Assembly (NCBI GenBank): GCA_903813345.2
Contig: CAIIXF020000001.1
Coordinates: 48,732,001 to 48,796,000 of the forward strand
Reading direction: 5' to 3'
Source: Owenia fusiformis
Taxonomy: Eukaryota
DNA: 64,000 nucleotides
The notes beneath the pieces are model-generated. The model ran no database searches. It worked only from the letters and a program-made list of their open reading frames with translations, and had not been told where the DNA came from. Both the position numbers and the translations under genes were made by a program. Positions 42,901 through 54,870 of the stretch are shown here, piece after piece. Positions within the stretch are counted from its first letter, which is position 1; every line of letters starts with the position of its first letter.

Positions 42901-45900
42901 AACATTGATATCCATATTAGTCATCAGTCTTAGCATTCACATTTTATCATTTCCGTTCTCTGTAGTTTTCTGTCACAGCATGCTTAAGAATAAAGACATT
43001 CTTTGGTTCAAAGCTACACAATGCGAAAGAATAAAAATACATAAATCAACTGATTGCTTCAACACTTCTATAGAGAATCACATGTGTGAAGGACATTAAT
43101 GGTAAACTCTTTGCCATGTATTCTCCTGGTTCTAATAGCTGACTAATAAGAGGTGTAAAGGAGTGAACCTTTGCCCTATCAAACACAATCTTTAATATGT
43201 TGAGCTTGTTACCTCTTATCACTCTTAATTCCATGTATTCCCCTGTTTAACAACTCCTTTCCTTTATTCCTGGGATTTCTATATGATTTAGAGTATTGCA
43301 ACTTCATTATCAGAAATTAATGTATTCTGCTCTAATTGATTTCCCGTTATACATTATTTTAGTGAGATAAAATATCACCATCGTGACATTTTGATAAGCA
43401 TTAACACTGTGTTGACAATATACCATAGAAATGAACTTCCCTTTCCCTTATGAAATGCCAATATACCAAAATAGAAAGTCATTTGATATAAGAAAAATAT
43501 GGTGAACGGGAAAACCTAATGAAGCTCTCAGGTAACACCTGAGAATCTATTATTTAGTATCGGAAAAAACAAAATGAATAAGCTATTATTACCATCATTG
43601 AATGTTTCCTTTCATCTGTTGTTTTAGAACGAATAAAAGTACTTCACATTCGAATAATTCTCTTTGGTTTTTGTATCAAACCAAGCCTGATTCAGATTAT
43701 TTAGTCTATGGTATTCATTATGTTGTTATTCGGCAAAATTGCTCGAACAGAAATGTTATGTTAAGTCAAATCTAATGGTTACAAAGTACAGTAAAAAACG
43801 CTAATAAAATCAGGCTATAATTTGGTCATCTGAAAGCTTCTATTATTTCCGAAGGACCTGACCTGAATTCATTATAACGTTATTGGAATGAACTGTGGGG
43901 TTAACCACAATCTTTTCAGTATACTGGACAGGAATATTCATACAGAAAGACAAATTGACAATGCATATTAGAGCTATACTTTCTCCAAGATCTTTTAGAA
44001 TATTGATAATGCATATTGTATTAGAGCCATACTTTCTCCAAGATCTTTTAGAATATTTTTCTCTTGTTACATCGTTTTCTGCCAATGTGATTTCATATCT
44101 ACGTTATTATTTTTCTATAAGGAACAGAGTATAGTACTCGAGTATTCTATAGTTAGCTCCAGGATGTGTGTTTTGACCATGACATAATTGACCTAACATG
44201 ATGTGGGATGTTAAACTAAACCCCATGGTGACTTTAGCATATGGCAAATTATCAGTATTGCATACATAAATTCTCATTGCTATTTTTGTTGTTGATGATA
44301 TTCGGCATCATATTTTGTTAAGTAAGTGTATCAATAAGAGTCCATGGGGTAGAGTAAAAGGCTGATAATTGGTATGGCGATAATTACTGACCTTAACAAG
44401 TACTTCTTGAGACATATCTTCTATATTCGAAGTCGTAAACTCCAAAAGTTAATTAATATCTGACAATTTTATTTGTAAATTGTATTTCAAATGTCATGAG
44501 CATCAAATTAAAGCAAATTGAATGAGACAACTGTTTAATCATTAATGCTATGGGGAAATTATTTCATGTCACTGCAGGGTATTTGTTCAAATATAACCTT
44601 TTACTCCCCACACAAACCCTTCCTGACTGGGAGAGCATAATTTTTACCCCACGTACCCTTCCTGTCTGTGGGAGAGCATAAGTTGTAGAACATGGTGTAA
44701 ACAGAATTTTATGATTTTTGTGCAAATAGTATTACAATTAAGCAGTCTTACGTATAAGGTTGAATAATTGCTCATAAATTGATGTTGAGAGGCAATTTTT
44801 CACTTTGGATGTAAGACTGTTGTCAGATCAGATCTGTCATATATGCTTGTGAGTACCATGACCCAAAATCGCTTTAATAGTACAAGATGTAGTCTTTTAT
44901 CAAGTCTGTGTTATTCCATCCCTTGAAAGTAGACCCCAAAAATAGGAAAAATCTGTCAGTCAGAAAATCAACATTTGGAAACCAAAACAAAATTAATTAA
45001 ATTTTTCCATTGGTGCCATTTAGACAATAGTATCCATTATCATTGATGATATACAGTTTGGCAGTAACTTTGGATCTCAATTTATAGAAGTAGATATGTA
45101 TTTCAGAAATCTATAAATTGATTTCCAATATTTGTAAATCTCCTTTACCTTACCAAGTCGATCATGTAAGTTGGTAATGATAACTGACATGTTCTGGCAA
45201 ACAGATACAGTCTTGATGCAGACCTACATGACATGTTATTGCATGGGGTGCCTAGGTAATAGTTGTTGTTTATTATATTCTAGATATGAGTTCCAAGCCC
45301 ACCGATGATGAAGATATGTTTGAAGGATCAGCAGGTGAGAGACTTATAAGGGTTGTGATCGGGAAATACAATGTACATTCATGGGACAGTCAAATTAAGT
45401 TGCTCCTGGTACATGGTGGAATGGTCAAATTAGCCCTCTGTTTCTTCATTGTGACACACCTAAGAGCTTGCTAAATTTAACACCTGTTTTTAAGGAAACC
45501 TATTTATTGTTTTTCTTCAATTTGACTGCCTTGAATTCCGAGATATCCTCAAATAATAAATTTGTTATTAACTGTATATGTATGTTTACCATATAACCAT
45601 GTAGTATCAAGCTAACAGCAAGGGGTTCTCCATATTAGTTTACTTCTGCCTTGATTTCACATTATAAGACATGGTAGGGTGTTTGCTGTAGTTCGAATAT
45701 TTCTTCAATATTATTCTCAAGCGTAGATGGTGTATTTATTTGTGGTTCAAGAGACAATGTACAGGTTGTTTGCTTTGCCTGTTTATGCTCAGTTTTAGAC
45801 TTTGCGGTCAAATTCCAGAATGGGTTGGTTTGAGATAAGTAACCATAGAGATTAGTTTCTGTAATTCCTGGTTTGGTGTGGCTTTGGGTTTTATTTTGAA

Positions 45901-48900
45901 ATTGATGAAACTCAAAATAACTTTTTGATCAAAACGTTACAATTGCATCCTGTTGATGAACCCCTGGTGATTTACATAAACTTAAGCTAAATTAAATATG
46001 GAATATTTGAGGATATCTCACTTTAAGCCATGTAAAATACTGTTGATGTCTAAACTTTATCTGTATGTCATCTATCTCTTAATGTTTGAGATCAGGGAAG
46101 ACAATAGGGAAACCTGGATCAACATGAACCAGGGGGACAAAACGTGTGGATAACATTTCTCATTTGAATAATATTATTGCAATTAATTATTAAATAACAA
46201 ATTAGACTTTCAAAATACAATGTTATTATTGGGGAACAAATGAAAATCCATTGTGCCCCAGGTTCGTCTATTTGTAAATAAGGACTTACATCACTATTCT
46301 TTTCCATATATCTCTGTTTAAGTCATTTATGTTCGTTTTTCTGTAAGCGTCAAAAGTCAATGTACTATGAAGCTTTGGATTCTGTCTTGCATATAACCTC
46401 AAAAGAGCTGTCAAGACTGTTATTGCATATTGATCTCTTCAAGATTTACTGTTACATGTTGTATTTGGGGAGATATGCAAATTGCATCATACTTAAAGGC
46501 TCTACTATGTAGGGTTAAAGTTGCCCTTAATCCCAACAATATGCATCAGTTCAATGAGATATACTGTTATTTTGAGGATAAATGTAAGACAGTAAATGTA
46601 ATCATTCTCTACTGTAATATAAGATGTTTGCATGGGTGCATTAGGCAATAGCTGTTGTTGGTTGTATTCTAGGCACAGCTGATGATGAAGACAGTTCAGA
46701 GGGTTCTGCTCTGGGTGCAGGTAAGAATTGAAGTCATTGGAAACAATGGAAACGTATAGCTTCCTAGTTATCAGTGGTGGCATTATGTTTAAATTACCTG
46801 TGAATATTTTCAATATAGGAAGCTTAAATAGGCTCAACTTGCAGTTGCCCTACTAAGAATGCACGGAAAAAATTAATAAGATCAAAGCAACCTGTAACCA
46901 ACCCTATAGTCTTATATCTATTCCCAAGTAAATTATATTTATACAAAGGTGATTTTGTGTACTAATTTCAAGAAATGTGGGAACACTATTAAGATGTATG
47001 TATTAAGCATTTTGATTAATTTGAGACTGAAGCCAAGAAGGCAAAGGTGAGTTTGTCTTGGAACATTTTTATCAACAATTTATTGTTCAGTTTTGCCCTT
47101 CCTGTTGTTTAATCATCTTTGTTCGGCATGGTTTATTTGTTTTCATCTAGTAAAACATTCTACTTGATTTTTGCGCTCCTGGTAGGTTTTGAGACCTAAA
47201 GTGGTCAGCAAATATATACTTCAAGTTTAATTTGAAGTTTGTACATATTATACCTGTACACTTATTTTCAATACTGCATCAATTTGTTCACATTCAAGTA
47301 CTTCTTGGCATGAATCAAACTGATCAAAGGATATGATTTTATAAAATGCAGCACTCAATATGACCATTTTTCACTTGACCTAGTTTTGACAAATTAAAAT
47401 CATGTTTTCCCTCCCTGTAAATGTGCTGCTTAATGGAACAGTAAATTAAATATTAATACTCTTGGTACAGTACATTTCTAGAAATGTGTTTTTATTGCCG
47501 TATTTGACATTTGAAAGAATAATAAAATAGAGTTAATATGATAACATGTATGCATAATGAATGACAATATCCTTCTTAACAATAGTGATGTAACTATTAA
47601 CAAATACAGTTTGTGAGTAGTCTAAATCGTCCTTGTGGTCATGTTCTCTTCCTTCTAAAAATTAAAAATTGAGATATTTTAAAAACAAAGACAAACATAG
47701 AGAAAATTATATATAGAAATGAATCTGAAACTTCATTGAAGTTTGAGAGATCAAGAAACTGGGAAATGAACTTGACAACAGCTCAGAAATTAACATGTTT
47801 ATTGTGAATGTAAATGCATGCTGGTGACTCTAACTTGCTTTCTGTAGACTTACTGTCTGACTGTCTCCAACTTCAACTTGATGTCCAGCAGCGAGGTCTC
47901 CTAGGAGCATACAAACCTGACTGTACTGAAAATGGAGAGTTTGAGAAAATTCAGTGCCACGGTAGCGTGTGTTGGTGCGTAGATAAACAGGGGCGTGACA
48001 TCACAGGCACTCGGGGACAAATTGGAGAAATACAATGTGAAGAAGGTATGGTTTATGTATTAACATAACCCTTTAGTGAAATTCATGTTTAGGTGATGGT
48101 AATTCACTAGTGCATGTACATGAATTCCCAATCTAAGAGTCTTACCAAAGGAAAAGCTAATAATGCTGTGAACGTTTTGATTGATTAATCTATTAATCCA
48201 TGTTGATCTATCTTTGTCTGAATGAAAACACATAGAACGTGGGATTTCTGAATATTTTAGTCTTTTGTGAACCTATTGGAATTTTACCGCTATGTTAGAA
48301 GTTTAATTTCTTGAATACAGCCAAGTTTTGTGTTTTCCTATGGGATTTTGCATTTGTTTAGAGGAACAATATTATTTTCTTTGCAAAGCTGCCAAATAAA
48401 TAGGTCCTTTTGCCAAATGTCTAAAGTTCATAAAATAAATGTATTGAAATTATATCCTTTTGTTGGCCAGTTGAATGATATTAAAGGCCCACGATCACAT
48501 TGAAAGTGTCAGGATATCTAATGTAAAGTCAGTTTTATGAATGCTTAATGTCTGTATAGAGGTCATATTGTGGTTTATGTTCTATTGGGGTCCTGTTTTA
48601 GTACATTCTTAAGACTTCTTTGTCCGATCAAGTCAACTGTAAAACAACCCTGTATATAGGATATTACTTTGTATATAAAGGAGGTAACTGTCCACATGCT
48701 ATCCATATGAAAAAGTCCTTATGTACACATATAGTACATGTATGTGTACTCTCCAAATCTGGACAAATAAAACGGATTGACAGATTGGATTGAAAGTCAA
48801 ATACCTATGCTAACACGGTAGTTCAAATAGGTACACCGTTAACTAGCATATATGCTACATGGCTGGCGTTTAATTTTAAAATGAAAGAAATCTTCTGAGG

Positions 48901-51900
48901 CATTATTGTCCTTGTAAATTACCCAGTGGACTTTAACCTTTTATTAGAAAGAGTCTGTTATTAATCTTTTACAAGATACTGTACTGGCTTTGACGTAAAG
49001 GAAAATTATAAATGACATTTTCCAACTGTATGTTTATCATCACTTCATTTTTATCTTGAGGTCTTGATATTTGTCTGATACTCTCTGATACGCCATTCAT
49101 TTAGAAAATTCTCTAACAGTTTTATTTTTGTCATTGTGTATATCTGATTGAAGTCATAATGTTTCATACTTTACATTGTTATGACTGAATGCTTTAAATG
49201 CAAATATACAATATACTGGCAGCAACATGTGCCATCCATATTGTATGGTTCCCACTAGTTTTGGGTATTATGGTCAAAATCCAGATATACTAAAAACAAT
49301 ACTGTCTTGTGTTTTTGTTAAAACACTAATAGTTGTGGATATGAGCCTTACTTAGACTTGGACATGCCAAGGGTATATGGATATTCCAAATTGAATTAAA
49401 ACATGTTATGTTATTTTCTTTTGTCACAGGAGAATATCTCTAATAAGTCTACACTGACCATTGCTCTGGATATTGCCTTTTGACACCTTTATTTTCTGAT
49501 TCACAGGTGTTGTTCCAATAGGTGGTAAAGGAAACAAGGACAGAATAAAGCCAATCATAAAGCAAGGAGGAGGCATGGATGGCAATGAACCCAAAGATAA
49601 GGTATGTGTATTGTTATGTCGCATATTGAAGGCATCATGATTTATGGTTAAGTCAAAAAGTCTGAGGGGCCAATAGGGCATAAGATAGTGATGGTAAACA
49701 TGTATTGAAACTAGTAAACACATTTTTATTTATTTATGAATATCATTGGTTTACAATGAGCTCTGTTGTAAAAGTGACACTTAAAAAAGATAAACATGTC
49801 TTGCTAACCTTTAGTGCATGAAGTATGAAGCCTTATTTTGGGGGGGGGGGGGCACTTCACAATATCTATTTTTGTGGCAGTAATATTTTAAGGTGAGGGG
49901 AGGGCCAGTAAAACATTGAAATTTAAAAAATAAGCAACATTTTTAATTATACATGTCCATAAGCTCTTGTGAAGAACATTGATGTTGACCTGGTTTCCTT
50001 GAGTTTAGCAAATTGTGTATATGAAACGTATTGTGTTGTAGGATCAGGATGAAGAGAACAGAGATGATAATGACATTGGATATAATATAGACACACCTAC
50101 TGGGGAAACAAGTACAGAAGTTAATAATGCTATACCTGTCATCCCAGGTAAGATAAATAGCCATTTTACATAAGGTACAAAATTGCGGAGGAAAAGGTGG
50201 GGGGGTAATCAGTATGTACTATTGTAGTATACAGCCTTCAATTTTTCCAAAAAAGATCAGGTTTAAAAGGATTACATCCACAAATGATATTTTCCAGTTT
50301 GATATACATAATATTATGATTTGGTTTTATAGAATTCTCCAAAAGTAATATTCTAGGATAGTTGCAAAAATCTATTAATACAGTGGAAATGATGAATCGT
50401 TACCTCTGAAATAACCACAGCAAGTGTTATTCAGTATTTGTATATTGGGAAACGTGCTATTTTGTTGAATTTTGAGATTAGTTTACAATGTGTTAAAATG
50501 TACTGATAAACAAATGGGCAGCCATCCAATGGAATTTAGTATTCTATATCCACTGCAGAAGTAGCTTAGTAAAGTTTGTATTGAAATTGAATATTCCAAG
50601 ATCAAACATTTTAATTAAAATTGTTTTAATTAATATTCTTGTGTTTTTGGCTCACACAGTGAGCCTATGGGATTGACCAGGCGTCCGTCCGTCCGTTGGT
50701 CCGTCCGTCCGTTGGTCCGTCCGTCCGTCAACATTGGCTGCACAAATTAAAACTGCTATTCGGATTGAGTCATATCCACATTCATTTTATGCATATCCAT
50801 AATGCCTATTTGACCTATCATCGCCATTTCCCAAGTTCGTCTGGTTTCCGAGAAATTGCGGATTTTGACGTCAAAAAGTCAACTTTTCTGTAAATACTAG
50901 ACACTTTGTTGAAGTAGAACTTTCAAATAACTTTTAGTAGTTGGTGTATATGCAACTTATGTCCTCTGAAGATTTCAAAGCTCTTGGAATTACGGTTTTT
51001 GGTGTTTACTCTATAAAATTTGAAAAAAAGTAGGACTTAGTCATTTTCAGGAAACTTTCTCATGTATAAAGTCAATGGCAGGTTTTGTGATTGACAAGAT
51101 TCTTAAAGTTTGCCTTATACTTGATCATTTCCTGCAATAAATTACATCATTAATAGATTTAAGCATTCCCTACATATTTCTCAATATATGTCAGCATCAA
51201 ATTTTTACTGTTTTTGAAATATTTGACGTCAAAAAACAGTGAAAATAAGTTATTTTTCAACTTGCTTCAATTTGACTGATTTTTTTTTTGAAAATCAACT
51301 ACAAGTTGCCAGGAGTTCAAATCTGACATTAGTTTTAGGATTTGACCTTTACTTGACCTTCAGTGACCTTCGAAAAGTTGATTTTTCAAATTGATTTTTG
51401 GATGTAAATTTTGGTCAGCTTAATCACAAAAGACCTTACTGAGCTCTGAATGAGTAGAATTTTCAAGGTCAAAGGTCATCAAACTAGGTCACATAACTAT
51501 GCTATCTAAGTTTCTCAAAGTTCGAGACTACAAATCCAAATCAATATTTTTGTTTTAAAGTCAGGATATAAATTCCTCTGAAGGTTCCAAACTGTGTGAG
51601 CATAGGACCGTGGGTCCTTCATTTATTCAATATGGTCGATCTGTGTGTATTATTACAAGGGCACTTGAAGGAGTACAGTATATGGCATCACTAGGATGAA
51701 GTTGAACAAATTCAGTTTGGTTGTTTCAGGCCACAATATCATTGATTTGCTAAATGGTTTGAACTTTAAAGAGCTTAAAGGCCCATGCCAGGATTTCCTA
51801 TGTTTATTTATTTTGATGCCAAGAACACTCATTCATGTTACAACAATAACAAGACATTCTCATATCCAATAGGTGGCATGATTTACTTAAATTTCATTTG

Positions 51901-52943
51901 GAATAAGGGAGTTGCTAAATAGCTGAATAAACCTGAATAAATAGATGTCAGCACTTGTTTTTTTTTGTTTCTGTTGTGACAGACTGCCATAGACTTAAAT
52001 AGTAAAAGTTTACAATAGTCACTTAAATGATATTTCAAACAAAAATTGGTTGAATCTGTCCAAAACTCGATTGGCATACTATGGGATCTTGTTAATGTAC
52101 ATATTGTGATTAATCATGAAATTTTTTGTTGTTGAACGAATAAACCAAGGTTGTAAAGAATTTTAATATTGCATCAATGGAGATTTGGCACACGCTTCTT
52201 TTAGAAAAGATTAAAAAAGTCATGGAAAATGATAACTATATGTATATAAAGTATCTTTGTAGAAAACTTTCCACTGAATTTAAATATGCTTTTAAAAAGA
52301 AGGAAAGGTCATTAGAGGTTTAATATGCAAATCTCTTAAAATCTCACAAAAAAGAGAATAAGCGAGATTTTAAAGCTATATAGAAACCACTTTATTCCAA
52401 AGCATTACTACTTGTAATACTTGTAACTTGTAATACTTGATGAATAACTTTCAAGATTGTTTGCATTTAAAGTACTAACAGATAATGGTCAATATCAAAT
52501 ATCTATGTGTGTGTATTTCAGAGGAAAAAACTACTAAACCTGAAGAAAACCCTGACTTCATGGAGAAGAAGGGGGATGATGTGGGTGCAGCTGCTGTATT
52601 GATTGGCTCACCAGGTATTTTAGCAGGTAAGGTTTGCCAATACAATACTCAGTGATCTCCCCTGCATTAAAGCAAGTGGTTATTTATATACTATGTATTT
52701 TAGTTTTCATTGAAACATTCCTTTATAAGTGGTAGCAAACTTTGCATATTAACAAGTATATCTCTTTTTCCAGGAATAATAGGTGGTGCTGTAGTTGGCC
52801 TCCTTTGTGCAGTCCTACTTGTTATGTTTATCGTCTATAGGATGAGGAAAAAAGATGAGGGGAGTTATCCACTGGATGAGCCTAAAAAGACCACGCCCTC
52901 ACATTCATATCAAAAAGCACCCACTCGGGAGTTCTATGCATGA
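27926..52943 (+). CDS. Sdc: Syndecan (transmembrane heparan sulfate proteoglycan), ~356 aa with all exons; join 27926-27994, 32045-32146, 38906-39032, 45284-45334, 46673-46720, 47848-48045, 49507-49601, 50042-50147, 52522-52626, 52774-52943
   Basis: Signal peptide; acidic IWIDDE|DEGSG GAG-attachment region; [23 protein letters not shown] with GxxxG; diagnostic cytoplasmic [10 protein letters not shown] (C1) and terminal EFYA (C2). Ten GT-AG exons with compatible phases sum to 1071 nt. Identity of the gene is certain; completeness of the internal exon list is inferred. Confidence 0.9.
30670..31038 (+). mobile_element. HINE/Pearl-like non-autonomous element
   Basis: T-run + TGTCACCACC sub-terminal IR with local hairpin (GTGGTGACA), matching GGTGATGACA near the 3' end followed by GCAT..ATGC palindrome and TTGTT; same 3' end occurs at ~12015-12060. 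Confidence 0.6.
32045..32146 (+). CDS. Sdc: Syndecan exon 2
   Basis: Strong polypyrimidine [44 protein letters not shown]; phase 0-0. Confidence 0.8.
32332..32574. repeat. 121-bp direct tandem duplication (2 near-identical copies)
   Basis: TATATTTTGATGTTTTTCTGCCATG...ATGCTTCTATTC occurs twice head-to-tail. Confidence 0.9.
35362..35655. repeat. ~95-100-bp tandem repeat, 3 copies
   Basis: TTCTGAAAATGATGGTTACCCC..GCAGAT..AATTCATTAAATCATAACTCAT at ~35363, ~35464, ~35557. Confidence 0.9.
38906..39032 (+). CDS. Sdc: Syndecan exon 3 (Ser-Gly GAG attachment cluster)
   Basis: [53 protein letters not shown]; three SG dipeptides in acidic context; phase 0-1. Confidence 0.88.
41275..42064. repeat. 28-bp minisatellite (CCTTACCAGCRAACATCTCTTGTAAATA, ~14 copies) interrupted by a transposon
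   Basis: Contiguous copies 41275-41663; array resumes at 42034 after the insertion. Confidence 0.95.
41664..42033. mobile_element. 370-bp non-autonomous DNA transposon, TACCCT...AGGGTA termini, perfect 9-bp TSD
   Basis: TSD CTCTTGTAA at 41655-41663 and 42034-42042; ends shared with mini-copies at 12876 and 27428. Confidence 0.88.
45284..45334 (+). CDS. Sdc: Syndecan acidic mini-exon A (51 nt)
   Basis: [29 protein letters not shown]; phase 1-1. Confidence 0.8.
46673..46720 (+). CDS. Sdc: Syndecan acidic mini-exon B (48 nt)
   Basis: [28 protein letters not shown]; phase 1-1. Confidence 0.8.
47848..48045 (+). CDS. Sdc: Thyroglobulin type-1 domain exon within syndecan
   Basis: [78 protein letters not shown]; six Cys, QC and CWCV motifs; 198 nt, phase 1-1. 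Confidence 0.88.
49507..49601 (+). CDS. Sdc: Syndecan ectodomain exon
   Basis: [43 protein letters not shown]; phase 1-0. Confidence 0.78.
50042..50147 (+). CDS. Sdc: Syndecan ectodomain exon
   Basis: [47 protein letters not shown]; phase 0-1. Confidence 0.8.
50644..51622 (+). mobile_element. Complete HINE/Pearl-like (Helentron-associated) element
   Basis: TTTTT-GGCTCACACAG sub-TIR with local hairpin (GTGAGCC), GTCC microsatellite at ~50683-50728, matching CTGTGTGAGC at ~51592 followed by short palindrome GGACC..GGTCC and T-rich end. Confidence 0.85.
52522..52626 (+). CDS. Sdc: Syndecan juxtamembrane exon
   Basis: [51 protein letters not shown] precedes the syndecan TM; phase 1-1. Confidence 0.9.
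52774..52943 (+). CDS. Sdc: Syndecan terminal exon (TM + cytoplasmic domain)
   Basis: [61 protein letters not shown]. Confidence 0.97.
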
Positions 52944-54778
52944 ACATAGCCATAGAATTCAACACTATTTTATTTATTATTTGACACTGTTATGGGCAGT
53001 GCTCCCATATATGGTCGTTGTGCCTTATGTATGGGAACTCTGTTTATGACGCCATTTGATTTACAGTACACAAACGTCAGCTTCACCACATTACCTCATT
53101 TAAAGGATTTATGATTAAATAACAGTGGCACAAACTTTTAGTAGAATTGATCCTAAGTTCGTTCAAACTTGCCATGCTCATTATCTGGGTTTTGATCCGA
53201 TGTTTTTGTGTCAATCATGGCCTTATTTGGAGTGTGGCGTAAAATATTAAATATGAAAAACATGGCTGGGATTGAGTGATTTATGGTATGAGTGTTTGAT
53301 GAGTACATGAATGATTGAGTGAATGAAATGAAAAAAGACAGCCACTTTTAAACAACATCGAATTAGAAGCAATTATATGTATGTAGCATTGTCCCCTATC
53401 TTAAAACAAGTAAAAACTTATGATCTACTACTGCTACTAGGACATTTAGCTTGTTAAGAAGGGAAAACAATCATTTTATAAAACATACATAAGTTTCGGG
53501 GAACCAATTTGCCAAACATCATAGAATACAATGTATATATAAATGAATGGAAACAGTTCTATGTGCAAATTGGAGATAGAATTGGAACAAGTATGGAACT
53601 GGTGGACAATTATGAATAATATGCTCACGACATATTATGTTTTAAGTAGCTATCTCAAGTTTCAGGATAATCAGTGTAGTATATAAGCCACCTTGGCAGA
53701 AGCGAGTAAATCTACCTACCGCGGGTATATATAGGTACAATATTTGTATATAGGCATGTAATTGATATGATGAAATATGGATCTGCACATAAGACTTGTA
53801 TATTGGACACATAAGCTTTAGATGTACTTATTTGCTGCAGAGTCACTTAATGTGTCTTAAGTAATTTGTAATAGGGAAATGACCATTGCAATTCCCTCAC
53901 ACAAGATGATTTCATTTTCAATACATTCTCAATTCTTATATATTTCAAGAATCCTCGAGCTTTGAATTATTGGCATCAGATATTTTGTTGATTCTTTTCA
54001 TAAATACCTTTCAAAGACAAATAATAATTTATGATTAATTAATAAATTATCTATTTATGGAAATATGATGTTTGTACATGGGAAAAACTTTCAGTCAATT
54101 AGAGAATATTGTAAAATTGATGTGATCTCTGTTCATAGAAATGAAATTTTGCAAAATGTCAATGAGCAAGAGTTGTACAATGTACATTACCATGTGGCAT
54201 CGTTCAATACAATGTTTCTTTGTGTACAGTAAATCCCTTGTAGAATGAACACTAAATGAGAGTATTGGTGGGCAAAGTTCTGGAATGTATTGTCCATAAG
54301 GTGTGTTCAAATTGAGGGGTGCTAACTTTACATAATGTGTTTAATTCTCAACTATAACGTTCATGTTTCCTGTTAAAGGGTCGCAATGTGTTAGAACTGA
54401 GAATTTTATGACTCGTGCTAAAAGAGCCATGAGTATGCCAACATTTTTGTATTGTAGTATAAAATAAGTTGCTTAAATTTTACCTGGCATTTCTTTTCAT
54501 TGTAAATTTATCTCAATTTTGGCGTACTGTTTTAGTCAAAATCAAGAGGCTTGAATTTGTTTCGCTTATATTTGAAATAATTACTTAATAATGGTTCAAT
54601 TTGATTGTACTTATTTCTGTATAGAGGATCTCCTGGTATGGTACTACATCTTGGTTCTATATTTAGCACACAAATAATATGTATAATCAATGGTAACTGT
54701 AACCCACTTGTAAACAATTGAAGATTCTCAGATATTTTTGTAACAGACTTACTTGATTGTATGTAACTGTGTAAATGT

Positions 54779-54870
54779 ATGATATGATATATTGTAATCA
54801 TATACACTATGATATGATATATTGTAGTCATATATACTGTATGATATAATATATTGTAGTCGTATATACT
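54779..54870. repeat. ~30-bp tandem repeat, 3 copies, in presumed syndecan 3' UTR
   Basis: ATGATATGATATATTGTARTCATATAYACT repeated. Confidence 0.8.

Noticed and set aside
47814..48068. Thyroglobulin-domain ORF as an independent single-exon gene
   Set aside because: No signal peptide; the domain is bounded exactly by an acceptor (47847) and donor (48046) in phase with syndecan exons.
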